Shown here one piece after another: positions 1-9,273 of a stretch of DNA of 64,000 nucleotides. Location: contig CAWIND010000003.1 in assembly GCA_963837475.1 (NCBI GenBank), positions 524,361 through 588,360 on the forward strand. The letters are read 5' to 3'. The number at the start of each line of letters is the position of its first letter. The first letter of the stretch is position 1. The DNA comes from an uncultured Pseudomonadota bacterium. GTDB lineage: Bacteria; Pseudomonadota; Alphaproteobacteria; Caulobacterales; Aquidulcibacteraceae. Below the pieces are notes generated by a model. That model saw nothing but the letters and a program-made list of their open reading frames with translations, made no database searches and was not told where the DNA came from. A program made the translations under genes and the position numbers.

Positions 1-307
1 GCTGCGAGGAACGAGCCAGTAGCTGAAGCAGTGCAAAGGGGGAGAATTTGAACGACGAGGCCGACGCTTCTTCCGCGAGCCTTGTCGAAAACGGCAGGCT
101 CCTCTTCTCGGTGCCCCGGCGTGATGTTCGCAAATGGGCAAACTACGTGGACCGCGAGTTTGAAGCCCGACCCGGCTCAACGCGGGTGTCGGTCATTTGC
201 GACGCCGACATGACCCCGAAGCGACGCAGACGTGCTTGACGCCAGCGCCCGCTCGCGCGGCACGTGAGCTCTCCGTTGGGGAGGCGAATGAATTGCGGTG
301 TGTGGGG

Positions 308-538
308 CTAGCGCCTGGCACGCGCCTGAGTGTCCGGTTGAACGAGGTCGACGTGAGAGCAACCAAGGGCCTGCGCCAACTCATAGAGCGTGACGATCGT
401 GGGGTTACGCTGTCCCTGTTCCAGTCCGCTCAAGTATTGCTGGGTGAAGCCTGACCGTTCGGCCACTTCTTCTTGAGTGAGGTTCTTTTCGCGCCGGATG
501 CGCGCGAAGTTTCGCCCCACCAGCTTGCGCATGTCCAT
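308..538 (-). CDS. XRE-family helix-turn-helix regulator (controller/C-protein-like)
   Basis: 76 aa with LTQEEVAERSGFTQQYLSGLEQGQRNPTIVTLYELAQALG, a Cro/C1 HTH pattern. Confidence 0.9.
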   Translation of the reverse strand: MDMRKLVGRNFARIRREKNLTQEEVAERSGFTQQYLSGLEQGQRNPTIVTLYELAQALGCSHVDLVQPDTQARARR

Positions 539-554
539 GCGCGCAGAATGGCGC

Positions 555-596
555 TTTACACATTCTAGTATTATCCACTATAGTATGTATGGATTC
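555..596. promoter_or_regulatory. Divergent promoter/operator between the XRE gene and a hypothetical gene
   Basis: AT-rich; TTTACA(555-560)-N18-TATAGT(579-584); repeats CATTCTAGTAT (561-571) and CACTATAGTAT (576-586); GATTC (GANTC) at 592-596. Confidence 0.55.
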
Positions 597-619
597 ATGA
601 CGAGCGGAGGAGGCTCGGG

Positions 620-1051
620 ATGTCGGGATTGCCGCATCGTAAAATGGATTTAGTTGCAGAGGCGGACCAATCGGATCCGCTGTGCGAGGCAGTGCGGCGC
701 TGGCTTGCGGAGAAGGCCGAGCAGAGCCGCCTCGAACGGCAATGGCAGGACCAAGAGCACCGCCTGATGGAGAAGTGCAGGGCGTCCGGGGTTAGCTTCG
801 CGAGCGCTTGCAAGGGTCGATCGGACGAGGCGCAGGAGATGCGTCTTTTGATGCGCCAGATCAAGGCGATCGATCACCGGCTCGACATCGCATCCCAAGG
901 CATTCTTTCAATGCGTGCATCGAGTGCTGCCGGCGCGCTCGCACTCATCGAACTTGGACTTGCCATCCAGGAACCGCTCGACTGCGAAGAGCACGCCTGG
1001 GCGCTTCTGCGCAGTGGCGCCGATCAGATGCGCGCATTGCTGCGCATTTAG
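620..1051 (+). CDS. Hypothetical helical protein
   Basis: 143 aa ORF with strong RBS GGAGGAGG a few nt upstream, divergent from the XRE gene. Confidence 0.7.
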   Translation: MSGLPHRKMDLVAEADQSDPLCEAVRRWLAEKAEQSRLERQWQDQEHRLMEKCRASGVSFASACKGRSDEAQEMRLLMRQIKAIDHRLDIASQGILSMRASSAAGALALIELGLAIQEPLDCEEHAWALLRSGADQMRALLRI

Positions 1052-1583
1052 ACATCCCGGGTTACCGATAGCGATCCTCATCCAAACGAGCTAGGCAATG
1101 CGCATGGGTCGCCTGCGCGCGCATGTAGACTTGGGGCTCCAGGCCGCTTGGTGACGATGAATAGGTTTTGCCGGTGGTGCTATGTGCCATCATGCAAGGA
1201 CACTTTATTCAAGTTGGATACGATCCGAGTGACTTCTATTTGATTGTATGTGACCGCGCAGAGGCGCTGGAGTTTGCCCGCGCCACATCCTCGCTCATGA
1301 TGTGAGTCGTGAAATTGTTGGCGGCTTATCCGATGACGAAGTGCGCCGCCGCTCGCTTGAACCTTTTACAATGCTTCGACTTCGATAGGGCGGATCTCTC
1401 CCATGTCCGCGCTTCGGCGCGACGCGGCGAGAGTCCGGTCCTGGGATCTCTCTGAAGGCCCCGATATGATCCGTGAGCGCATCGAGCGAGGTGCGTGATC
1501 AAGCAGGAACGTAGGTCAACCTGATCGCGTTCTCGCCAATTCGATCGCTCGCCACAAGGCGGAGCGGCGCGCGGGGCTTTCGC

Positions 1584-2198
1584 TCACGCCACGCGCAACA
1601 AGACGTGCCCGCCAGGCCTGGTTTCCATGCCCAAGCCCTGGATGGATTGCAGATGGGCTGCAGATGGCGCAGTTGCGGCGGCTTTTCCAAATAGCCGCGC
1701 GCACCCAACGCCTTCGCACGTTCCTTGTCTTTGTCGTAGCTCGACGTCGAGCACATGATGACGGGAGGGCCCGGGGTCGGATACTTTTGCGAACTTGGCC
1801 AACACTTCGAAGCCGTCCATGAGCGGCATGTTGATGTCCAACAGCACCAGATCGACGGGACTAACGGTGTCGCTCACGTCGCGAAGCATTTCGATGGCCT
1901 CGCGCCCGCTGCGTGCGCTCAAGATGCGGGACCGCAGTTTCGACTGCTCGATCAGCATGATGCGCGCAAGGTCAATGGCTGCTTCGTTGTCGTCGACGAC
2001 AAGGATGGCGGCAAGGCCGTGCTTCGGTTGAAGAGGACCCGGCCGGTGCGCTGTCTTGGCGTGAGCCAGAGAGCCGGCGTGCGCGCGTATCACATCGCGA
2101 TGCCATTTAGCGCTTTTGACCAGATCTTTTGCTGCACCGACCGCGGCGGCGACCTTGGCGATGCGCGGGGTGGCTGGTGTGCCCCAAATTCCGCTCAC
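1584..2198 (-). CDS. Response regulator receiver-domain protein with two compensating frameshifts (about 1770 and 1650); start uncertain
   Basis: ILVVDDN and VDLVLLDINMPLMDGFEVL in one frame; the continuation PVIMCSTSS...GARGYLEKP is in the 1499..1756 frame. Confidence 0.8.
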   Translation of the reverse strand: MSGIWGTPATPRIAKVAAAVGAAKDLVKSAKWHRDVIRAHAGSLAHAKTAHRPGPLQPKHGLAAILVVDDNEAAIDLARIMLIEQSKLRSRILSARSGREAIEMLRDVSDTVSPVDLVLLDINMPLMDGFEVLAKFAKVSDPGPSRHHVLDVELRQRQGTCEGVGCARLFGKAAATAPSAAHLQSIQGLGMETRPGGHVLLRVA

Positions 2199-2238
2199 TC
2201 GCGGCGCAATGGCCCCACGACCGCCATTGGCTATGAGT

Positions 2239-4431
2239 TCACCGGCGCTGCACAGCGATTGCGCGGCAATTGTATGGGAGGTGCGGGTCTGAACAAAAGT
2301 CAGGCCAAATATTGCTCTGGCGCCAGTAGCGCGTCAGCCCCACTGCATCGAACGTACGCCAGATGCGCGGATCGCGGCGCAGGGATGCGGTTTCGCGTTC
2401 GAACAGCGGCCACGGTCCCGCTTGCCGCGCGGGGTATACGGCACGGCTACATGTGGCCGTAGTGCCGACATAGCCTCGATCAATGTAAAGCGTTTCGACC
2501 ACTCCCCACACGCGATCGGGTAGGAATTCGGCCATCCTCGAGATCGCGTCATTGACGCATCCTTGTCCGACGCCAGGACCTGTTACACGGTCAAATAATT
2601 CCTGCACGAAGCGCCGGTCATCTGCTGGCGTGTATCGACGCCTCTCCAGGGCTTCAACCTGATGCCGGTTCTCCGACCGTATCCTCTCGGATTGTTCTTG
2701 CGACCAGCTGAAGTCGTGCGCGATCGCAGCCCAATGACGCTCAGCTTCGTGCAGGGCGCGCCCTGCGCGGTCGGGGTCCCGGGCTTCTTCCATGCGGCTG
2801 AGGAAGTCCAGCCAAAGTATGGCGGAGTGTTCGTTCTGATTGACGAGGCGCTCCAAAGCGGCCCACGCGCCATTGACGTCATGGGCATCGAGCAAGCGCT
2901 GGATCACGGCGCGTTGCGCATCGATTGAGAGTGGGTCGAGCTGGAGAATTAGTCGTCCGACATTGTCGGCCTCGTGTGCCCGGCCAGTCTTCGTGAGTAT
3001 GTCCTCCCAATAGTAGAGTACACGAACATCGTTTGGCGCCAGTTCGCGCGCGCGGCCAAAGTGCTGAGTCCGCGCCTGCCAGCTCCACTCTGGCTCGACT
3101 CGCCCGAGCATGGCTTCCGCCAAGGCCGACCTCGGTTCTAGCGCCTGCGCCCTTTGCGCGGCGGTGCGTGCTCGTTCGATCAAAGCCGCCTGTTCGGCTT
3201 CATCGCGCCGTCTGCTTTGGCGGGTGTAGGCGAGCGCCAAGAGCGCCCAGGCGCGTGAGAAGCGAGGCGCGACACGTGTAGCTTCTTCGAGGTCTTGAAC
3301 CGCCTCATCAATGCTTGGCGTTGAAAAGTCGACATCCTCCAATTGTTCGACGGCATGGAGATAGTGCTCCAGTGCGCTCGCAGGCATCTGCTCGGGCGGC
3401 GCGGCGATGTCGGGAAGCGCGTGGGTCAACAATTGTCCGACCCTGCGCGCCACATGCGCTTGAGTATCGAGGGTCTGCCTAAGGTCCCGGTCGTAGGTTT
3501 CGGTCCAGAGCACTGCGCTTGTGCGGGCGTCGATCAACTGGGCGACAATGCGGATGTCATTCCCCTGGCGCCGCACTGATCCATCGATGAGATGGGTAAC
3601 ACCGATTGTCCGGCGCACGTTGCCAGGGTCCTTGGCTGCGCCGCGGAAACGGAAGCCCGTTGCGAGACCTGCCACGCGCAGCCCCTCTTGGTATTGCGCC
3701 AGCGCGGACTGAATTTCGGTGGAGATGCCGTCGCTGAAGTAGGAGAGGTCGGCGTCGCCGGATATATTGTCGAACGGCAGCACCGCAACAAACGGCGTTT
3801 CGCCCTGCGCTCGCGGCCAGAACGCCCAACCACCCACGATCACGCTCGTCATCGCCAAGGCGACGGCCAGCGCCAGCACTGGCCTGCGCATGCTACGCCA
3901 GCGCAGCTGCGCCTCGGTGGCCTCTGGTATGTGTTCGAAGGCGACGACACTCTCGTGCATCTTCTTGAGCCGAACCCGCCCGCACGGCGTGAACCGAGCC
4001 TCGATCTCGCCGTGCAGTTGGCTTTTCACAGCTTCCGAAATTACGAGGCCGTTCGGCGCGGCCAGCGCCATCAAGCGCGCCGCGACGTTGACGCCATGAC
4101 CGAGCAGATCGTCGCCCTCGACGATCACTTCGCCCAGATGCAGGCCTAACCGGATGCGCGGCAAAGCCTCTGTCCTACGAGCAGCTGCTTGCACCAGCGC
4201 AAGGGCCGCTTTCACGCCGCTACTCGCTGTTGGAAATTCGAGCATCACGCCATCGCCAGCAGTGTTGAAGATGCGTCCGCCCTCAGTGGACGCCAGCGTC
4301 GCCGCTCTCGCGCGCAGGGCCGCCACCAAACCGGCGGCGTGCGCTTGGTCTTGCTCTGTGGAACGCGAATAACCGGCTATGTCGACCGCGAGGATCGTGG
4401 CCAGTTTGCGCTTTTCGTTTTGCTGCGCCAC
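2239..4431 (-). CDS. Class III adenylate/guanylate cyclase with TM helix, TolB-like domain and TPR repeats
   Basis: LATILAVDIAGYS, FNTAGDGVM, GHGVNVAARL; VAVLPFDNISGD...YFSDGISTEI; helical TPR region; GTG start at 4431 with GGGGATGG upstream. Confidence 0.9.
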   Translation of the reverse strand: MAQQNEKRKLATILAVDIAGYSRSTEQDQAHAAGLVAALRARAATLASTEGGRIFNTAGDGVMLEFPTASSGVKAALALVQAAARRTEALPRIRLGLHLGEVIVEGDDLLGHGVNVAARLMALAAPNGLVISEAVKSQLHGEIEARFTPCGRVRLKKMHESVVAFEHIPEATEAQLRWRSMRRPVLALAVALAMTSVIVGGWAFWPRAQGETPFVAVLPFDNISGDADLSYFSDGISTEIQSALAQYQEGLRVAGLATGFRFRGAAKDPGNVRRTIGVTHLIDGSVRRQGNDIRIVAQLIDARTSAVLWTETYDRDLRQTLDTQAHVARRVGQLLTHALPDIAAPPEQMPASALEHYLHAVEQLEDVDFSTPSIDEAVQDLEEATRVAPRFSRAWALLALAYTRQSRRRDEAEQAALIERARTAAQRAQALEPRSALAEAMLGRVEPEWSWQARTQHFGRARELAPNDVRVLYYWEDILTKTGRAHEADNVGRLILQLDPLSIDAQRAVIQRLLDAHDVNGAWAALERLVNQNEHSAILWLDFLSRMEEARDPDRAGRALHEAERHWAAIAHDFSWSQEQSERIRSENRHQVEALERRRYTPADDRRFVQELFDRVTGPGVGQGCVNDAISRMAEFLPDRVWGVVETLYIDRGYVGTTATCSRAVYPARQAGPWPLFERETASLRRDPRIWRTFDAVGLTRYWRQSNIWPDFCSDPHLPYNCRAIAVQRR

Positions 4432-4675
4432 CGCCCATCCCCGTGAGGCCGGTCCGCATCTAGCACGCCGCACAGCGCGCCGGGAGGGGGAGAGGACTCC
4501 TTTGGCGCAGATTTCGAATGGGTGCGACGCCAGACGCTCGTGCAAGTCCGCGCCGCGAATGCGGAGAGCGGGGCTCGCACCCTTTGCGCGTATCACCAAA
4601 CCCTTCGGGCCGCTTCTGGTGCTGTACCTCGGCAAACTCTTCTATGCAGCCGCGGGTCGGCTCGATAGCCACGGC

Positions 4676-4801
4676 ATGCTGTCGCCAATAGTGGAAATGC
4701 TGCTCGCCATCGGCGCGACACCAGCCGCGCTAATCTTCATGTGGCTATTCTTCCGCAGTTGGCGCCGCGCTATCGCTGAGGCGCAAGCGCTTCATCAATA
4801 G
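4676..4801 (+). CDS. Small (41 aa) single-TM membrane protein
   Basis: MLSPIVEMLLAIGATPAALIFMWLFFRSWRRAIAEAQALHQ, hydrophobic helix followed by basic residues. Confidence 0.4.
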   Translation: MLSPIVEMLLAIGATPAALIFMWLFFRSWRRAIAEAQALHQ

Positions 4802-4947
4802 ACCTTCAGACTGCAACGGCGCCGGTAGATGCTAGGCAAAATCTTCAACTCGTCGCGTCCTGATCCGAGGCAGACGGGCGACCGATTGCCCGCGACATTC
4901 TTCCGACGGTATTTGCGCTCTGTCGTCACAACCGCTCCCAGTCACAA

Positions 4948-5187
4948 TCAGTGGCGCGCGAACATTTGTCTGAATAACCGCTCCGCTTCGGCGCGTCCCA
5001 CATTTGTCAGAACGACAGACTTCGTCTTGCGTCTCGGGTTGGAAATCATGCCCTTGGCGTGCAGGCGATCCATGGCCGACCAGTCAAATCCCTTCCAAAC
5101 CGAGCCGAATTCATCGTGCAGGCCGAGCACTAGCAAAGCGAGAACCGCCTCGTCGATGCGGTCAGTATCGATGTCATCGTGTGGCAT
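4948..5187 (-). CDS. DUF6429-like small protein
   Basis: IDEAVLALLVL...WKGFDWSAMDRLHAKGMISNPRRKTKSVVLT pattern. Confidence 0.8.
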   Translation of the reverse strand: MPHDDIDTDRIDEAVLALLVLGLHDEFGSVWKGFDWSAMDRLHAKGMISNPRRKTKSVVLTNVGRAEAERLFRQMFARH

Positions 5188-5322
5188 GAGGCCATTCTAA
5201 GCGTTCGCAGTCGATAGCAAAGCCTTCATTCCCTTCTGGTCGCGTTCAATCGCGAGTAGAAGGGCCCGAGCCGGCGCGTCTGATCCGGTGACGCCGGGCA
5301 AGCGCGATGGTAATGGTGAGAA

Positions 5323-5745
5323 ATGCGTCCCGCACCTCACGATCGATTCAGCACCGATGTGCAACTAACACCTGACATCGTGGCAGCGTTCGCGGCTGGC
5401 GTCGGCGACACTAATCCTCTGCACTACAATACCACTGAGGCCGCGCGTTCGCGCTTCAAGCGGCCGATCGCCAGCGGGACGCACACGAGCGCGCTTTTGC
5501 TGGGTCTAACCGCCAAGCACTTCTCCGATTTCGGCGGCATGCTTGGGCTCTCATTCTGGCTGAAATTCCGGCGTGCGGTCTTTGCCGACGAGCTGATTTC
5601 CCTGGAATGGCTCGTGATCAGAGTTTCTGAAAACGCCAAGCTCGGCGGCCAAGTCGTCGAGCTGCGCGGGCGTGTGCGCGGCGAAGACGGGCAGACCGCA
5701 GTGGGCGCCAAGGGGACGGTGCTCGTGACCGAGCGTCCACTGTAG
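5323..5745 (+). CDS. MaoC-family (hotdog) dehydratase
   Basis: FAAGVGDTNPLHY...RFKRPIASGTHT. Confidence 0.88.
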   Translation: MRPAPHDRFSTDVQLTPDIVAAFAAGVGDTNPLHYNTTEAARSRFKRPIASGTHTSALLLGLTAKHFSDFGGMLGLSFWLKFRRAVFADELISLEWLVIRVSENAKLGGQVVELRGRVRGEDGQTAVGAKGTVLVTERPL

Positions 5746-5796
5746 CGCAAGGCGGGCCGGCCGCTTAGCGCCTGAACGCCGTCGATCCCGCACTCC

Positions 5797-5910
5797 CTAC
5801 GGAGTTTCGGAGAAATAGTTGAGCACGGCGAAAGCAAGGGCGACCATCGCTGCGAGGATAGCGCCCAGCACGGCGAAATAGACAGCATCGCGATTGCGAT
5901 CACCAGTCAT
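5797..5910 (-). CDS. Small (37 aa) single-TM membrane protein
   Basis: MTGDRNRDAVYFAVLGAILAAMVALAFAVLNYFSETP. Confidence 0.45.
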   Translation of the reverse strand: MTGDRNRDAVYFAVLGAILAAMVALAFAVLNYFSETP

Positions 5911-6214
5911 GGCGAAAGCGTGCGCCCGAAGCGCGGAGGTTGCAATCTCCAGGTCGTTTGGCCTATGGCGGGGCCTCTTGTTGCTGTGGATAATGGTCCC
6001 ATGCCCGACAGCGCCAAGAGACAGATCGCTGCGATCCTTGCGTGCTGCCACGAGATGCGCGCGCTAACGCCGGGTGTTCAGCTGTCCGCGCTCAAACGCA
6101 CCTCGAAACCAGATGATCTGTGCTGTAGTCCAGACGCGAGGAAGGGCGCGATTGCGACTACCTGCTTTGGACGCTCATTATTGCTTGTTTGGCGCTAACG
6201 TTTTTCATGGCCGA

Positions 6215-6730
6215 ATGAGAACTCACCAGCCTCTCTGGGGAGCGCTTCCAAAAGCTGCGGGAGCAGCGTTTATCGTCGGCGTGCTCGTGGCTGGCCTTCT
6301 CAGCTGCACTGAGCGATCCGCAGCGCAGAGCGAAATCGTCGGCGTTGCATCCATCATTGACGGCGACACGATTGAAATCCACGGCACGCGAATTCGGCTC
6401 AGCGGCGTCGATGCGCCCGAGAGCGGCCATTATTGCGGAACGGTCAACGTCTATCAACGTGCTTCACAAGCGCTGGAGCACCTTGTGCAAGGACGCACGG
6501 TGAGCTGTGCGGTCTCGGGGCTCGATCGCTACGGACGGAGCGTCGCCATCTGCCGCATAGGTGGGACCGATCTTTCGCAGATCATGGTCGCGCAGGGCTG
6601 GGCGCGCGATTGGCCGCGCTACAGCCACCGCGCTTACGCCGACGCAGAGGCTTCGGCGCGCGCGGAGCATCGTGGAATCTGGGGTTTGCAGTGTCCAGCC
6701 ACCTTGTGGGGAAACCGTAACTACGATTGA
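6215..6730 (+). CDS. Thermonuclease (SNase-like) family protein, probably exported or a lipoprotein
   Basis: IIDGDTIEI, RIRLSGVDAPE, DRYGR, EASARAEHRGIW; hydrophobic N-terminus ending LLSC. Confidence 0.9.
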   Translation: MRTHQPLWGALPKAAGAAFIVGVLVAGLLSCTERSAAQSEIVGVASIIDGDTIEIHGTRIRLSGVDAPESGHYCGTVNVYQRASQALEHLVQGRTVSCAVSGLDRYGRSVAICRIGGTDLSQIMVAQGWARDWPRYSHRAYADAEASARAEHRGIWGLQCPATLWGNRNYD

Positions 6731-6874
6731 ACAAGGGCGCTTTCGGAGGGGGCGCATGAGAATCCGCTCACGGTCCTCTTCATCGGCCTGGCGTCCAATA
6801 GCTCCTGTCAATGGTCCAATGGGACCATAGCGGCATCGCAAAGACGCCGCGCAAATTGGCGCGGGGTTCTGACC

Positions 6875-8837
6875 TTGCGCATCACCGTGTCATGGGCAGC
6901 AATATGCTTGGTTCTCGTCGCCGGAGCTTGGCTCTCGACCTATTGGGTCGCATTGCTCTTCGCTTTCCAGCCGGCATTGGGTGGCGTGACCATCGCCGCA
7001 CTGCACTTCTACTGGCCTTGGGATGGTCTCACTTGGGACCTGCGCTGGTCTCGCCTTTATCCAAAGCCATTCGCGTTCGCTCGCCTTATCGAGACGCTTT
7101 CCCTTGGGCTCTCATTTCTCGCTTTTGCCGCCACGCGATCGCGCGATCTTGAACTCAAACCTTCAGCTTTGGGCGCGTGGGCCAATTTCGACGACGTCCG
7201 CCAAGCACATCTCTTTTCAAAGTCCGGTACCGTTCTCGGACGCTTCCGCGGCGAACTCCTCGCTTATGACGGCCCAGAACATCAGCTTCTGATCGGCGCC
7301 TCGCGTTCCGGCAAGGGAAGGGGGCATGTCGTCCCGACTTTGCTTGCAACCGAGCATTCAGCACTTGTCCTCGACATCAAGGGAGAACTCGCGGACGGCG
7401 ACCGCCGTTATGGCTTTCCAGGCACAGCCGGATTTCGCGAGACGCTTGGCCCTGTCCTTCGCTTTGCGCCCACATGCGAGTTCAGCGCGCGCTTCAATCC
7501 CTATGTTCGAGATTTAGAAGGGCGCAAACGAAGTTCGCGGCGCCCAAAACCTCATCGATGTCTTGTTCGGCGGCTATGAAGATAGAGGCGCCAAGGATTT
7601 CTGGCTGCGCAGTGCGGCCAATATCGCAGCGCCCGTTCTCCTGCATGTCCTCTACACCGAACCGCTCGAGCGCAAGACGCTTGCGGTCGTGCGCGAGAAG
7701 CTCCGCACGCTTGCAAAGACCTGCGAGGACATGCGCATCACGCTTCATCGCAATGGCCTAAAGACAGGTTCTCCCGAAGTGCATCCCGAGATCCTGCACG
7801 CGGCCGAGAGTTTCCTCGCCGCCGAGGAGCGCGTCCGTTCGGGCATTCAAGCGACGGCCGAAAGCCTGCTCGGCGTCTTCGCCGATCCGCTCGTTGCGCA
7901 AAACACCTCCACCTCCGACTTTCGCATCGGCGATCTGATGTGTCTTGATCGCCCCGTCACGCTCTATCTACAGCCGCCGGCCTCCGACGTCATGCGGCTC
8001 ATGCCGCTCATCCGACTTATCGTTGATGTTTGCGGTCGCACGCTCATGGAGAGCCAGACGGAAGATAGCCTCGGCCGAACCAAGCAGCATCGGCTTCTTC
8101 TGCTGCTCGACGAATTTCCGATGCTCGGCCGCATGCCCTTCTTCGAAATGATGATGGGCGCGATGAGCGGCTATGGGCTTAAGGCCTACCTTGTCTGCCA
8201 ATCCCTCAATCACATTGTCCGCGCCTATGGGCGAGACAACGTCATCCTAGACAATTGTCACATCGTGACGGCGTTTGCAGGCGCCGATAGCGAAACCGCC
8301 AAGCGTATTGCCGACATGGCGGGAGAAATCTGGGAGGTGCGCGAGAACCAAACGCAGCACAAACCCAAGCCGCTGCTTGGGCTTGGGAAAGGTTCAACGA
8401 CGCAACGCGAAGAACGCAGGCCGCTCTTGTTGCCAGGCGAGGTGCGCTCGCTTCCGCGCGACGAGCAACTGATCTTTGTCTCCGGCGCAAAGCCTATCCG
8501 CGCCAAGAAAATCCGCTTCGACGAGGAGGCGGTTTTCCAGAAGCGTTTGTGCTTCTCGTCGCAGCGCCAAATGAGGCTCACGACGACCCATGATTGGATC
8601 GATGTAAAGCCGCTGGGCGTCCTCGAAGCGAGCGCGACGTCCGCGACCACCAAACAGCGCCCAAAAGCCACGGCCCCGCCTCAAGGCGACCTCTTTGAGC
8701 GGCCGCCGGCGCCAAAGACATCTGAGCCATCTGAGCCATCCGAGCCATCCGATCTGGAGCTCGCGGGCTTTCGCGATTCCGGCGGCTCGCGCCCACACTT
8801 CGCACGCCATCGGTCTTCCAAGTCCAAAGGGATCTGA
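6875..8837 (+). CDS. traG: Type IV coupling protein TraG/VirD4, frameshifted near 7500-7530
   Basis: N-terminal TM helices, Walker A GASRSGKG, LLLLDEFPMLG, LKAYLVCQSLNHI; ORFs 6875..7579 and 7563..8837 join at FNP-MFEI. Confidence 0.9.
8719..8754 (+). repeat. 9-bp tandem repeat x4 (CATCYGAKC) in the traG tail, encoding SEPSEPSEPSD
   Basis: catctgagc catctgagc catccgagc catccgatc read directly. Confidence 0.85.
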
Positions 8838-8844
8838 TTGGCCA

Positions 8845-9273
8845 ATGCCACGCCGAGGCATCACCGTCTATTTGCCGCCCGTTCTCGAAACCAAGGTCGA
8901 GAAGATCGCGCGCGACCAGCATCGTTCCGCGTCTTCGCTCATCACCGAGGCCGTCAGACTACGCTTTGGCCGGCATGATTTATCGCTGCCGCAGGAATTG
9001 CCGCCTGGTTTCATCACGCGCATCGACGCGCGCCTCGATAAGACGATCGCTGAGACGCTCATCGTGAAGGAGGCAACACTCCTCTTCATACGCGTTTGGC
9101 TGGAACACCATCCCCCGCTCGACGAAGAGCATGAAGAAAGCGCCGCAGCAAGCGCGGAAGCGCGCTTTGAGCGCTTCCTCCAGCTTGTGGCCAATGGTCT
9201 TGGAGCAAGCCGGCGCTCGGTTGCGGGAGCGCTTGGCGCCGAAGAAACGCCGCCAAGCGATGAGCGATCCTGA
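8845..9273 (+). CDS. CopG/ribbon-helix-helix protein typical of the traG-trbB junction
   Basis: ITVYLPPVLETKVEKIARDQHRSASSLITEAV N-terminus; EARFERFL motif; position between traG and trbB. Confidence 0.85.
   Translation: MPRRGITVYLPPVLETKVEKIARDQHRSASSLITEAVRLRFGRHDLSLPQELPPGFITRIDARLDKTIAETLIVKEATLLFIRVWLEHHPPLDEEHEESAAASAEARFERFLQLVANGLGASRRSVAGALGAEETPPSDERS

Noticed and set aside
48-239. 63-aa ORF at the window edge
   Set aside because: No recognisable motif and a TTG start; it may be the tail of an upstream frameshifted gene and cannot be supported here
2239-4431. Pycsar- or CBASS-type anti-phage cyclase
   Set aside because: The cyclase-TM-TolB-TPR architecture is the common alphaproteobacterial signalling type, and no cyclic-nucleotide effector gene is adjacent
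5231-5300. Two hairpins upstream of the MaoC gene as an ncRNA
   Set aside because: Short GC-rich stems with bulges, no promoter or terminator evidence; compatible with chance
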